Source: Eledone cirrhosa (taxonomy: Eukaryota). Taken from it: DNA of 64,000 bases. Of the stretch, positions 1 through 12,716 are shown piece by piece. The stretch is from positions 4,154,001-4,218,000 of the forward strand of contig OZ024762.1 of assembly GCA_964016885.1 (NCBI GenBank), read 5' to 3'. Under the pieces are notes generated by a model. It had not been told where the DNA came from. It did no database searches and was given only the letters and a program-made list of their open reading frames with translations. A program made the translations under genes and the position numbers. Position 1 is the stretch's first letter. Every line of letters begins with the position of its first letter.

Positions 1-66
1 ACTCAGACCATAAAGGGACGTAACTCTATGCTTCAAAGCATGGCGTCCGACTCTCTACCGATACTG
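1..66 (-). mobile_element. tRNA-derived SINE family 1, partial (cut by window edge)
   Basis: Reverse complement of the head of the full copy at 2948-3131. Confidence 0.8.
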
Positions 67-75
67 AATGACAGA

Positions 76-203
76 CGACGATGATGATGATGACACCGAC
101 ACTGATGACACTGATGATAATTATGATAATAATGATGACGACTGTGATGACAATGATGATGATGGGAATAGTGCTGATGATGATGATGATGATGATGATG
201 ACA
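76..203. repeat. (GAT/GAC)n microsatellite
   Basis: Direct reading; explains the poly-Asp ORF. Confidence 0.9.
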
Positions 204-281
204 TTAATGAGGCTAATGATGCAGCTATTTGTATTAAAACACAAATATACATAAAATAGGTTCTATAAACATATATAGGCA

Positions 282-695
282 AACACACCCCCACACACTG
301 ACACACATACACACACACACACACATATATATATATGTGTGGTTACACTGACACACATACACACACACACACACATATATATATGTGTGGTTACACTGAC
401 ACACATACACACACACTGACACACATTTATTGTAGTCATATACACACACACACATATATGTGTGGTTACACTGACACACATACACACACACACTGACACA
501 CATTTATTGTAGTCATATACACACACACACATATATATATGTGTGGTTACACTGACACACATACACACATATATATATATATATATATGTGTGGTTACAC
601 TGACACACATACACACACACACATATATATATATATGTGGTTATACTCACTCTCATTCACATACACACACATATATAGGTTACACCCACACACCC

Positions 696-741
<46 letters not shown>

Positions 742-1490
742 GGTACACTTAGTCACATACACACACATATATAGGTAGTTACACACACACATATTTGTGG
801 TTACACCCACACACCCACACACATATATATATATATGTGGGTACACTTAGTCACATACATATACACATATATAGGTGGTTAAACATACACACACACATAT
901 ATGTGGTTATGTGGGTACACTTAGTCACATACACACACATATATAGGTGGTTACACACACACACATACACATATATGTGGTTATGTGGGTACACTTAGTC
1001 ACATACACACACATATATAGGTGGTTAAACACACACATACACACATATATGTGGTTATGTGGGTACACTTAGTCACATACACACACATATATAGGTGGTT
1101 AAACACACACACACACATATATGTGGTTATGTGGGTACACTTAGTCACATACACACACATATATAGGTGGTTACACACACACACATACACATATATGTGG
1201 TTATGTGGGTACACTTAGTCACATACACACACATATATAGGTGGTTAAACACACACATACACATATATGTGGTTATGTGGGTACACTTAGTCACATACAC
1301 ACACATATATAGGTGGTTACACACACACACACACACATATATGTGGTTATGTGGGTACACTTAGTCACATACACACACATATATAGGTGGTTACACACAC
1401 ACATACACACATATATGTGGTTATGTGGGTACACTTAGTCACATACACACACATATATAGGTGGTTACACACACACACACATATATGGTT
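282..1490. repeat. Compound CA/TA-derived minisatellites (about 50-bp units, then about 72-74-bp units)
   Basis: Recurring gtggttacactgacacac, then gtggttatgtgggtacacttagtcacatac units. Confidence 0.9.
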
Positions 1491-1514
1491 AGACTTACAG
1501 TCAGTGTCATACAC

Positions 1515-1705
1515 AATTGTTTCTACTTTTGGCACAAGGCCAGAAATTATCCCAGTGTATTACTGGTACTTTATTTTATAGACCCCGCAAGAATGAAAGG
1601 CAAGGTTAACCTCGGCAGGATTTGAACTCAGAATGTAAAGGGCCATAATTCTATGCTGCAAAGCATGGTGTCTGATCCTCTACCAATACTGCCAATCTAC
1701 TGCCC
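1515..1705 (-). mobile_element. tRNA-derived SINE family 1, full length
   Basis: A-box-like TTGGCAGTATTGG and B-box GAGTTCAAATCC on the minus strand; more than 10 dispersed copies in the window. Confidence 0.85.
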
Positions 1706-2659
1706 TTACTTATATATAATGTAGTGAAACTCACAGACACATACATACATACATATACACATACATACACACACATACACACACAGACATACAGTGTGTG
1801 ACAGTGGTAAAACATTGACATAACCAACTCATTTTTTGCTGATCCCAGCATTAAATGACATGCTATATTTATTATCTCCCCTTCTTCTTTGCCTTCTTAT
1901 CTCTCTTCTTACTTCGCATATTCTTTCTTTATCATCTTTATATCTTTTCTTTACTATCTTTCTCTCTCTCCACCATCTTTCCCCACCTTCTCATTATATT
2001 ATGTATGCATGTGTGTGTGTATGTGTGTACATGTGTATGTACGTATGTACGTATGTATGTACGTATGTATGTATGTTCTTCTGGTTTTATAATTTCACAA
2101 AGTGTTACCAATAGAGAGAGAGAGTCGGTTTCTAACATAGACACAAGACTCTCTCATTGGAATTTACACAACATCAACTAGGTAGATATGTATGCATGCA
2201 TGTGTAGATATGGATGTTATTGTATGTGTGGCTGAGGATGTTTTGAGTTGTATGTGTGCATGTGTATATGCTTTGTATCTGTACATGTGTATATGTAGTT
2301 ATTAGATGCAACATTTTTGGAATGTTTTACATATTTTTACTGTTCGATTAATGGATTGTACTTGTAATTTCCTAACTAGTTGTGTTCTTTCTGTTCCTGT
2401 GAAGCCTAGCTTCTCGAGATTTGTATGTATGTGTGTATGTATGTGTATATGTATATGTGTATGTATGTGTATATATGTATGCATGTATGTATGTGTGTAG
2501 AAAATGTATATATATGTATGTATATGGGTAACAAAACCTCACAAAGGGCAGAAGAACTCATAAGAGTCAACGGCTATCCATAAATGTGTAAATATGTATA
2601 TACCTATATGCATGTGTATATATGTATATATATATGTATACATATGCATATATATGCAC

Positions 2660-2935
2660 GGGGACATAGAAATAATCGGGCTGGATACCCAATCGCGTGG
2701 TTAAACCACTGGGAGTGAAGGACCCCTAGCCCTTGTCAGGGCATTCTCCTAGGAGAAGGCAACTCATGAAACTGGGATAACTCCGATATAAAACCTGCGG
2801 CTCAGTAGTTACCGATGATGTTGATCTTTTCTTCTTTTCGGGTTATAGCTACTGTCGCTCAGAGAGTGGGATTGGCTCAGTGCACAGTCTTTCCTCACAT
2901 TAAAAAAAAAATCTTCACACACAGGCATTGCAAGA
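2660..2935 (+). mobile_element. Probable RTE-type LINE 5' UTR fragment
   Basis: Motif ccttgtcagggcattctcctaggagaaggcaactc resembles RTE 5' UTRs; recalled from memory, no ORF. Confidence 0.35.
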
Positions 2936-2947
2936 TGGCATTAATTA

Positions 2948-3131
2948 AGTGGGTTGGCAGTATCGGTAGAGAGTCGGACGCCATGCTTTCCAGCATAGTT
3001 ACGTCCCTTTACGGTCTGAGTTCAAATCCCGTCGAGGTTAACTTTGCCTTTCATCCTTTTGGGGTCGATAAAATAAAGTACCAGTAATGTACTGGGTAAT
3101 TGCTGGCCTTGTGCCAAAAGTAGAAACAATT
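2948..3131 (+). mobile_element. tRNA-derived SINE family 1, full length
   Basis: TTGGCAGTATCGGTAGA...GAGTTCAAATCCCG head and ccttgtgccaaaagtagaaacaatt tail. Confidence 0.85.
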
Positions 3132-3719
3132 AATTAATAATTATTAATAATTCTATATCATGCAATAGCCATACTCGATAATGAGGGGGCAGCCATCATG
3201 TGTGTATGTGTGTATGTATGTGTGTGTGTGTATGTGTGTATGTATGTATGTGTGTGTGTATATATGTATATGCATGTGTGTATGTATGTGTGTTTGTGTA
3301 TATGTGTGTATGTATGTATGTGTGTGTGTGTGTGTATGTGTATGTCTGCATGTGTGTGTGTGTGTGTTTGTTTCTGTGTGCTGTTTATATGTATGTTGAT
3401 GCAACCAGTCCACATATTTAAGGAGTTCACATTGCAACCGTAATACCCCCGGGTTTGATGTCACAGTGTGACATCTGGGCCTTGGGTTGACTGAGGTCGT
3501 GTGGGTGTAACTGGGTAGAGACAGGGAGACACACAGACACTGACAGACTGACAGAGAGACACACACAGACACATACATACGGACAGACAGGCACAGACTG
3601 ACAGGCACAGACTGACAGCCAGACATACACAGAGAGAGACAAACAGAAATAGACAAACTGTTTGACATCTAGGACAAGTGTCATTTACCATAGCCGTATC
3701 AGTAAAATTGGGTAGACAC

Positions 3720-3758
<39 letters not shown>

Positions 3759-4215
3759 TACACACACACACACACACACAAACATACACACACACTAGGA
3801 GGCAAGTGTTATTTTCCATCGCCGTGGGTTGGCTGAAGCCCTGTGAGTGAAATTGGGAAGACATACACACACTAACACAAAAGCACACACACACACTAAC
3901 ACAAAAGCACACTCACACAAGCACACATCAATTTTGTTCAAAGTCTTAACAATATTGCCATCGTCGTAAAAGGATACGAAACATGAATTATAGAAAAAAA
4001 AACAAAAAAATGGAAAGTGCAAAGATTTGCAAAACCAAACCATATTAGAACAAGGGAGAAAACTCTTTTAACCGAGTTTAGCAAACAGGGGAAATAACTC
4101 ATTTAGGAAAGTTATCAAATATTTTGACATAAGGAACTGAGAAGTGAAACAACGTTTGTCGCATTACACTAGCACTAGTTTATTTAGCTTCTCAAAGGAT
4201 CGAATGCATTGTAAG

Positions 4216-4286
<71 letters not shown>

Positions 4287-4564
4287 GTGGGTGTCTGTGA
4301 TCTATATATACTGGTCATAGACACACACACACACATATATATATGTATACACACACACTCATATATATATATATATATATATAATTATTTCTTCTTCAGC
4401 AAATTATGGAATAAATCAAAGGCACATATAGCACCTGAGCACTGTACACAATAATTTCTTTATTATTACATGTGTGCATGTGTGTGTGTGTGTGTGTGTG
4501 TGTATGCACAGGAGAGAACAAACTTGAGCAAAAAGACAAAAACAAGAACAAATGGGGTACTTAC

Positions 4565-4714
4565 CATAGCGCCGATTACCCTCTTGTGGGTAGAGAATCT
4601 CTCGTACTTCATCAATACTTGGTCGGTTTTCTGAGCAGGAGAATGCTGAACCCATTGTGAGATCTGTGTATAGTGATGACTATGAGAGATGGGCTGCCCT
4701 GCCAGAGTCTGCAG
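4565..4714 (-). CDS. Candidate 150-nt exon of an unidentified host gene
   Basis: Unique sequence bounded by gtttaatgttctatag| and |gtaagt. Phase-0 frame fully open (LQTLAGQPISHSHHYTQISQWVQHSPAQKTDQVLMKYERFSTHKRVIGAM); an alternative frame starts MGSAFSC. Confidence 0.6.
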
Positions 4715-4751
4715 CTATAGAACATTAAACAAATACAATATATTAGATAAA

Positions 4752-4858
4752 TAATTGTTTCTACTTTAGGCACAAGGCCAGCAATTACCCAGTGCATTAC
4801 TGGTACTTTATTTTATCGACCCCGTAAGGATGAAAGGCAAAGTCAACCTCGGCGGGAT
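4752..4858 (-). mobile_element. SINE family 1, 3' half
   Basis: Identity to 1515-1620. Confidence 0.8.
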
Positions 4859-4962
4859 ATTACCTTCTATGTTTGTTTGTTTCTTTCTTTTTTTCCCGTA
4901 ACTCCCAAGGAAGTCATTGGGACACCATATTGACATACAGCGTTTCAAGAGTATTTTTTAAA

Positions 4963-5762
4963 ACCTGGCAGACCCCATCTCCTCTCCAGGTCTGACCTGG
5001 CAGACCCCATCTCCTCTCCAGGTCTGACCTGGCAGACCCCATCTCCTCTCCAGGTCTGACCTGGCAGACCCCATCTCCTCTCCAGGTCTGACCTGGCAGA
5101 CCCCATCTCCTCTCCAGGTCTGACCTGGCAAACCCCATCTCCTCTCCAGGTCTGACCTGGCAGACCCCATCTCCTCTCCAGGTCTGACCTGGCAGACCCC
5201 ATCTCCTCTCCAGGTCTGACCTGGCAGACCCCATCTCCTTTCCAGGTCTGACCTGGCAGACCCCATCTCCTCTCCAGGTCTGACCTGGCAGACCCCATCT
5301 CCTCTCCAGGTCTGACCTGGCAAACCCCATCTCCTCTCCAGGTCTGACCTGGCAAACCCCATCTCCTTTCCAGGTCTGACCTGGCAGACCCCATCTCCTC
5401 TCCAGGTCTGACCTGGCAGACCCCATCTCCTCTCCAGGTCTGACCTGGCAGACCCCATCTCCTTTCCAGGTCTGACCTGGCAGACCCCATCTCCTTTCCA
5501 GGTCTGACCTGGCAGACCCCATCTCCTTTCCAGGTCTGACCTGGCAGACCCCATCTCCTCTCCAGGTCTGACCTGGCAGACCCCATCTCCTTTCCAGGTC
5601 TGACCTGGCAAACCCCATCTCCTCTCCAGGTCTGACCTGGCAGACCCCATCTCCTTTCCAGGTCTGACCTGGCAGACCCCATCTCCTTTCCAGGTCTGAC
5701 CTGGCAAACCCCATCTCCTCTCCAGGTCTGACCTGGCAGACCCCATCTCCTCTCCAGGTCTG
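4963..5762. repeat. 32-bp minisatellite, about 25 near-identical copies
   Basis: Unit acctggcagaccccatctcctctccaggtctg; period 4963 to 4995. Confidence 0.95.
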
Positions 5763-5989
5763 AATACAGCAGATTTCTTCCAGAGAAGGATAGCGAGTGA
5801 GAGAATGGAAATAAGAAAGAGATATAGAGGAAGAATTGACCCCAGAACTAGACTGGTATTTTTTTTATCAACCTCAAATGGATTAAAGGCAAAGTAGACC
5901 AAGGCAGGATTTTAACTAAAATAAATTCTACAAAGCATTCTATCCGACGTTCTAACAACTCTGCCAATTTGTTACCTTCAGCTTCTATG

Positions 5990-6547
5990 TTACCATATTT
6001 CTAATGACAGACACTGCCTATGTCTTTAACCCTTTCATTACCATATTTCTAATGATAGACACTGTCTATGTCTTTAACCATTTCATTACCATATTTCTAA
6101 TGAAAGACACTGCCTATGTCTTTAACCCTTTCATTACCATATTTCTAATGAAAGACACTGCCTATGTCTTTAACCATTTCATTACCATATTTCTAATGAC
6201 AGACACTGCCTATGTCTTTAACCATTTCATTACCATATTTCTAATGACAGACACTGCCTATGTCTTTAACCCTTTCATTACCATATTTCTAATGATAGAC
6301 ACTGTCTATGTTTTTAACCCTTTCATTACCATATTTCTAATGATAGATACTGCCTGTCTTTAACCATTTCATTACCATATTTCTAATGATAGACACTGTC
6401 TATGTTTTTAACCCTTTCATTACCATATTTCTAATGATAGACACTGCCTATGTCTTTAACCCTTTCATTACCATATTTCTAATGATAGATACTGCCTGTC
6501 TTTAACCATTTCATTACCATATTTCTAATGATAGACACTGTCTATGA
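5990..6547. repeat. 48-bp minisatellite, about 11.5 copies
   Basis: Unit ttaaccctttcattaccatatttctaatgatagacactgcctatgtct; period 6001 to 6049. Confidence 0.95.
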
Positions 6548-6777
6548 TCTTCATATAATTTTGAAAATAATCAAAGATTTAGAGGCATTTAGTAATATAG
6601 AATATATTGGAGTTGATCAGAATTTACTTACTGTATCCCTCAAACCAACATTTCTGGCCTTGTATCAGTGCAAGAAGTTGTTCTTAACCCCTTTTCATAC
6701 CAAATCATTCCTGGTTCTATGATACAAAACTGTTTGAACAACTTTTGATACCAAACCACCTGAAACCACCCCTGGTT

Positions 6778-7660
6778 CATCATCATCATTTTCATCATCA
6801 TCATCATTATTTTTACATCTGCTTTTCCATGCGTGCATGGGTTGGACGAGCATCCTTCCACTTGCCGCGTTCCTTCGTCATCTGTGAATCTCAGCAATTT
6901 GGGATCAGCTCTCACCACCTCTGCCCTGTCTTCCTTAGTCTACCTCGACTGCGGCTTCCTCCACTGGGATATCCTAGCAGTTCTTCACCCAACGATCATT
7001 GTTTATGCACATCACATGTCCATACCAATGCAGTCTTCTCTCTTGCACACCTCTTTCTCCCTCAGTTCACCCAAGCTCTGCCTTTCTTGCATTTTACATT
7101 GCACATCCAACATTTCTCTCCAGTCTACGCATATCCTTTGCAGTCGCTGCCCATATTTCACTACCATGCAACATTGCACTTTGCACACAGGCATCATACA
7201 GTCATCCTTTTGTACAGTGCTAGTAGCTCTCTAGACTTTCCCCATCTTATCCTTATTCTAGCTATTATGCTCAGAGCACCTTCCTCCACTGCTATTTAGG
7301 TCACATAGATGGCAGAAGCTATCAACCATTCACTTCTATGTATCCTTCCTGTGATTGACAAAGGTTTATATCCTTGATGCTCTTCCCAGCAATTACCCCT
7401 GTACATCTAGATACAAAGCCTTCTGTTCCTGTTAGTCTACCTGTTATTCCACTACATCACCTGTGTACCCAAGATTTACATTGTGTATATTTTATAGAGT
7501 TTATGTCTACTCATTTTCTACATATTGAGCAGGGCCACTTCCCTGGGAGAATCAGGCTCCTATCTTCTTTCCTACTTACTAGCACTTTAGTTTTGTCTAA
7601 GTTTACTCGCAGACCTTTTGACTCCAACTTCTGCTTCCACAGTTGAAAATTATTCTCTAG
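6778..7660 (-). mobile_element. Decayed RTE-clade LINE, RT C-terminus and 3' end
   Basis: Frameshifted LYDACVQSAMLHGSEIWA and RRLHWYGHVM motifs; 3' gcatggaaaagcagatgtaaaa followed by (GAT)n tail. Confidence 0.75.
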
Positions 7661-7667
7661 ATCTTTT

Positions 7668-8017
7668 GGAGGCACATGGCTTAGTGGTTAGAGCATTGGC
7701 CTTGTAATCGAAAGGTTGTGAGTTCAATCCACAGACCGGGTGATGTTTTTTCCTTGAGCAAGACACTTTATTTCACATTGCTTCAGTTTACTCAGCTGTA
7801 GAAATGAGATGATAGGGACTGGGGTCCATATCATACCACTGCAAAGTGGTCGTGGAGGTGCCACGGCAAAAAAGCACCCAGCACTCACTGTAAATGAGGT
7901 TGGTGTTAGGAAGGGCATCCAGCTGTAGAAATCAAGCCAGAATCAGTTCCCGTCCCACCCTTGCAAGCAGGGAAAAGCGGACGTAAAAAGGATGATGATA
8001 ATGATGATGATGATGAT
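7668..8017 (+). mobile_element. tRNA/CORE-like SINE with RTE-derived 3' tail
   Basis: TGGCTTAGTGG A-box and GAGTTCAATCC B-box; ccttgagcaagacactt core; tail ggaaaagcggacgtaaaaaggatgatga matches the RTE end at 6778-6830. Confidence 0.75.
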
Positions 8018-8693
8018 AGGAATGAAAAATGGCGTGCTGTGTTACTGCAAATGTGATATGCAAATTAAAATGAAGAATTATCCTCTCTTTACGTTGCCTC
8101 ACCTTTCGTGTTTGTTTACCTGTCTCTCTTTCTCCACCCAATTCTTTTTATCCCAATAACTTATTTTAGTTATTGTTCGCGCTAGCCCGAGGTATCTGGT
8201 CTTTAATGCGAAGAAATACCTATGATGGCTAGTAGACCACTGATGATGGATAGTCCCGGCTTCTATTTCAAAAAACCCTAATCTAAAACAAGCCTCAACT
8301 CTCTCTTACATACACACTTCCACTCCACCAGTCTCTCTCCCTCTCCCTTTATATTTCTCAGTCACTTTCTTACCCCTCCCTCTCCACTCTTTTTTTCTTA
8401 GCCTCTCTCTTTCATCCTCTCCCATCTCTCCCTCTCTGCCTCTCTCTGTCACCCATCCCTCTCCCTTTCTCAGCCTCTCTCTCTCTCACTTCCCTCTCTC
8501 TCTATTTCTTAGCCTCTCTCTTTCACTCACCCCCTTCAAATTCTCTTCCTTTCTCAGCTTCTCCCTCTCCTCTCACCCCTCTCCTCCCACCTCACCACAG
8601 TAAATACAACAGTCACACTAAAGTGATGTAACAAATCAATGACTCAGTCCCACTGCTTCTACTATAGCTTGGGTCACAGTGACCTTAACTGAC

Positions 8694-8918
8694 TAATAGT
8701 AGTAGTAGTAGTATTGGAGGTGGTAGTAGTAGTGGTGGTGGTAGTATAGTAGTAGTAGTAGTAGTAGTAGTGGAGGTGGTAGTAGTGGTAGTGGTGGTAG
8801 TAGTGGTAGTAGTAGTAGTAGTAGTAGTAGTGGAGGTGGTAGTAGTGGTGGTGGTGGTAGTAGTAGTAGTAGTAGAATAGTGGTGGAGGTGGTAGTAGTG
8901 GTGGTGGTAGTAGTGGTG

Positions 8919-8950
<32 letters not shown>

Positions 8951-8985
8951 GGAGGTAGTAGTGGTGTTAGTAGTAGTGGTAGTAA

Positions 8986-9019
<34 letters not shown>

Positions 9020-9105
9020 GGTAGTAGTGGAGGTGGTGGTAGTAGTAGTAGTAGTGGTAGTAATAGCAGCGGTAGTTGTAGTAGTGGTGGTGGTAGTAGT
9101 AGTTA

Positions 9106-9138
<33 letters not shown>

Positions 9139-9254
9139 CAATAGTAGTAGTAGTGGTGGCGGTAGTAGTAATAGGAGTAGCAGTAGTGGTGGTGGTAGTA
9201 ATAGTAGTGGTGGTAGAAGTGGTAGTAGCGGTGTTGATGATGGTAGTAGTAGAG
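8694..9254. repeat. (TAG/TGG)n microsatellite
   Basis: Direct reading; explains the poly-Val and poly-Thr ORFs. Confidence 0.95.
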
Positions 9255-9428
9255 TAAATGTCCACTATTGGGGGTAATGGTTGGTTCTCCTGAGTTCCTC
9301 CACCAAAACAGGACTTAAGGGGTCAGTAGTATTGATGGGGGTCGTTAAGGAGTTGACAACCTCTGAGATTTCGGTTCAATCCTGCAACTTGGCACCCTCA
9401 GTGTTTTCTACTATAGTGTAGCAGCCAT

Positions 9429-9617
9429 TGGTGGATTGGCAGTATCGGTAGAGGGTCGGACGCCATGCTTTGCAGCAAAGAGTTACGGCCCTTTATAGTT
9501 TGAGTTCAAATCCCGCCGAGGTTAACTTTGCCTTTCATCCTTACGGGGGTCGATAAAATAAAGTACCAGTAATACACTGGGATAATTGTTGGCCTTGTGC
9601 CAAAGTAGAAACAATTA
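9429..9617 (+). mobile_element. SINE family 1, full length
   Basis: Identity to 2948-3131. Confidence 0.85.
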
Positions 9618-9665
9618 TTGTCTTGTGAGCAAAATTTGATATATGGAAGCTGTGTAGAACACCAT

Positions 9666-9724
<59 letters not shown>

Positions 9725-9872
9725 ATCACCTTGACCGACCAGTCTGTCGGGCGTCCATTCGGCGCCGTTGGTCACAGCACGCCGTCCATTCCTCTCTGGA
9801 TCGTGCTTTCCTCATCCATGTAGTCCCAATCGTATTCTTCAAATCGTAACTCCACCTTCGTGGAGGCCTTCC
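9725..9872 (-). mobile_element. LINE (RTE-like) 3' end fragment
   Basis: TWMRKARSREEWTACC-type C-terminal motif. Confidence 0.5.
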
Positions 9873-9875
9873 GAG

Positions 9876-10120
9876 TGAAACCAGTAATGTGGTACTCCAG
9901 TATGGCCGCAGTCTGACGACTGAAACCAGTAATGTGGTGCTCCAGTATGGTCGCTGTCTGACGACCGAAACCAGTAAGGCAGGGCCCCAGCATGGCCACA
10001 GTCAAGTAAAAGAACAAATTAAGGTGATGCCCCAGTATGGCCGTCGTCTAAAGACTGAAACCAGTAATGTGGGGTAGTGCCCCAGCATGGCCCCCACTCT
10101 AACGACTAAAACCAGTAAAT
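9876..10120 (+). repeat. About 44-bp tandem units of a dispersed repeat
   Basis: Unit gtgccccagcatggccacagtctaatgactgaaaccagtaa; also at 10884-11060 and inverted at 13388-13440 and 32940-32993. Confidence 0.8.
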
Positions 10121-10191
10121 AAATCTGTGCCTAATTTCCAGCCAATGGCGGCAAAGTTTGAAATACCTTCACATATTTGTACGGAACAGAA

Positions 10192-10292
10192 CAGAGTGTC
10201 CCCCCAAAATGTATACACACTTTGATCACCCGAGCAAGCAATATTTATTAGAATGCTGTTGAAATATGTATACATTTTTTGGGGACACCCTG
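10192..10292. mobile_element. Tc1/mariner-type MITE
   Basis: About 26-bp TIRs cagagtgtccccccaaaatgtataca / tgtatacattttttggggacaccctg; TA on the right flank. Confidence 0.7.
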
Positions 10293-10460
10293 TATATGAA
10301 AGAATTAAGTTAAAAAGAAGTTACAAGTGTTTTAAATTTTGATTTAAAATAAAATAAAATAAAATAAAATTGGAAAGAAAACAGTAATTAAGTTTGGAAA
10401 GACGTTAGCAACGATGTTTCTCTTTCGTAAATGGATGACTCAGAAGACATGTTCCCCCAC

Positions 10461-10487
10461 CCTAACCCTAACCCTAACCCTAACCCC
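10461..10487 (-). repeat. Interstitial (TTAGGG)4
   Basis: cctaaccctaaccctaaccctaaccc. Confidence 0.85.
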
Positions 10488-10883
10488 CTCAAGAAAACAC
10501 GTGACGTCTTCACTCTGAGTTAATTACATGGCGTCCGTACTGTGTTTCTTTTTAAAGTTTTATCTTTTTTAAAATTCTATTATTCTGTCAGTTTAAAAAA
10601 TATTTTCCCTCTTTTCATCTTTTCGTTACAATTTAATAATTAAGAGGTAAAGTGCATCAACTGGCGAATTATTCGCATTGCGATAATTCAGCATATTAAC
10701 TGTTTCACTCTCTCTCACCTGTTCCAGCCGCCTGGCTGAGGCCATGCTGGGGCATCGCCATTAAAGAAGTTGCCATCAGCCGCTATGTGGAAGTGAAACC
10801 CCAGATCTCTCATATGCTGGCTAGGTGCTTTAGACCATTATGTCAAGTAGCTGTTTCTTGAACATTTAAATGCAGTTTAACGC

Positions 10884-11060
10884 GGTGCCCCAGCATGGCC
10901 ACAGTCTAGTGACTGAAACTAGTAATGTGGTGCCCCAGCATGGGCACAATCTAATGACAGAAACCAGTAAGATAGCGCCCCAGCATGGCCACAGTTTAAT
11001 GACTGAAACTAATAAGGTGGTGCCCCAGCATGGCCACAGTCTAATGACTAAAACCAATAA
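10884..11060 (+). repeat. Four about 44-bp tandem units, same family as 9876-10120
   Basis: Direct reading. Confidence 0.85.
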
Positions 11061-11177
11061 AATGAAGTTATGGCATACTTGTCTACTCGCATGGACCCAC
11101 ATTTATCAACCTTGTTGTGAACCCCAGATACTTATCACTGATCAGGTAATCGATAACAACTTGGGACAGCAGTGGAA

Positions 11178-11330
11178 CAAATAATAATAATAATGATAAT
11201 GAAATTATTGTGTACAGTGCTCAGGTGCACTACAACTCATCAGAGGGGCCTGTATAGTACATAGAGTAATGTACAAATGTTAGGAAAGTAAGCAGTGTAT
11301 GAGTCATGATATACACACAGATACATGCGT
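11178..11330 (-). mobile_element. Dispersed LINE-like 3' end with (ATT)n tail
   Basis: gtgcacctgagcactgtacacaataatttcattattatt; copies at 4430-4468 and 24275-24457. Confidence 0.6.
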
Positions 11331-11593
11331 GCGTATGTATGGAGGGGCAATATAAGGTGTAGTGTTGGCGAATTTGTCATTTGTTATCTCCCTCAGGTAA
11401 TGTGTAACGGCCTTCCTATCAGAGATTTTCTGGCCTCGTTTGAATTTGTAATGCAATAATTTAGAAACCGAATCAGCATGATTCAATGTTAGACAAGGTT
11501 GGACCCTTCAATTACAGGTGCTATCCATCTGACAACATTCAACATAGCAGCACTATCAACTTAATTTCATGCTTAGGGCTTTGGTTGACCATC

Positions 11594-12612
11594 GTGTGTT
11601 TTCACTTTTCAGCTAAGGTGACAAAAGCAGACAGATGAATGCTGGGCCGTGTTTTTACTATTCAGCTAAGGTGAGACTAACAGACAGCTGAGGGCCGGGG
11701 GTGTTTTTACTGCACAGCTAAGGTGACACTGGCAGACAGTTGAGGGCTGACGGTGTTTATACTGCACAGCTAAGATGACACTGACAGACAGTTGAGGGTG
11801 TTTATACTGCACAACTAAGGTGACACTGACAGACAGTTGAGGGATGAGGGTGTTTATACTACACAGCTAAGGTGACAATAACAGACAGTTGAGGGTGTTT
11901 TTACTGCACAGCTAAGATGACAATAATAGACAGTTGAGGGCTGAGGGTGTTTATACTGCACAGCTAAGGTGAGACTGACAGACAGCTTAAGGCTTGAACT
12001 GTCACTGATTAACAGACTGCCGAGGTGTGTTTTCACTGCTCAGCTAATCAACAGACTGTTGAGAACCAAAGGTGTGTTTACACTGCAAAGTTAAGATGAC
12101 ACTGGTGAACTGACAACTTGCTGCTAATATCCAGAGGTATGTTTTCAATGCTCAGATAAAGCCACACCAAGTAATAGACTGTTGAGGGCCAGAGATGTGT
12201 TTTCACCGGAGAACTTAGGTGGCACAAACTAACAGACTGCTGAGGGCCAGAGGTGTGGTTTTACTGCTCAGCTAAGATGACATTGGCTAACAGACAGCTA
12301 TGGTGTTTTCACTGCTCAGTCATGGCAACACTGACCAACAGACTGCTAAAGGATAAAGGTGTATTTTCACTACTCAGCTAAAAGATTGTTGAGGGCCAGA
12401 GGTGTATTTTCACTGCTCAGCTAAAGTGAGACTGAATAATTATCCGCAGAGAACCAGTGGTGTGCTTCCAGTGCTCAGCTCAGGTGACAATAACAGACTG
12501 TTGAGAGTCAGACGTGTGTTTTCACTGGTTAGCTAAGGTGACACACACCAACAGACTGCTGAGGGCCAGAGGTGTGTTTTCACTGCTCAGTTAATGTGTC
12601 ACTGGTTAACAG
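11594..12612. repeat. Old diverged minisatellite, about 50-60-bp unit
   Basis: Recurring actgc(a/t)cagctaaggtgacact...acagac(a/t)gttgaggg. Confidence 0.85.
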
Positions 12613-12716
12613 ACAGACGAAAGGCTAAGCATGTTGTCCGACGCTGTACCGACTCTGACAATCCACCGCCCTAAAAAATATCAGTACGCGGTATTGAACC
12701 CCAGACGAGAATCTCA

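Noticed and set aside
2948-3040. tRNA gene (A and B boxes); likewise 7668-7740
   Set aside because: No cloverleaf, and the sequence continues into a multi-copy SINE body.
4963-5762. CRISPR-like 32-bp repeat with internal palindrome, and 245-314 aa ORFs
   Set aside because: Units are head-to-tail with no spacers, there are no cas genes, and the context is eukaryotic; the ORFs just cycle through the three frames of the unit.
10461-10487. Telomere or chromosome fusion site
   Set aside because: Only four units in one orientation; such short tracts are common inside repeats.
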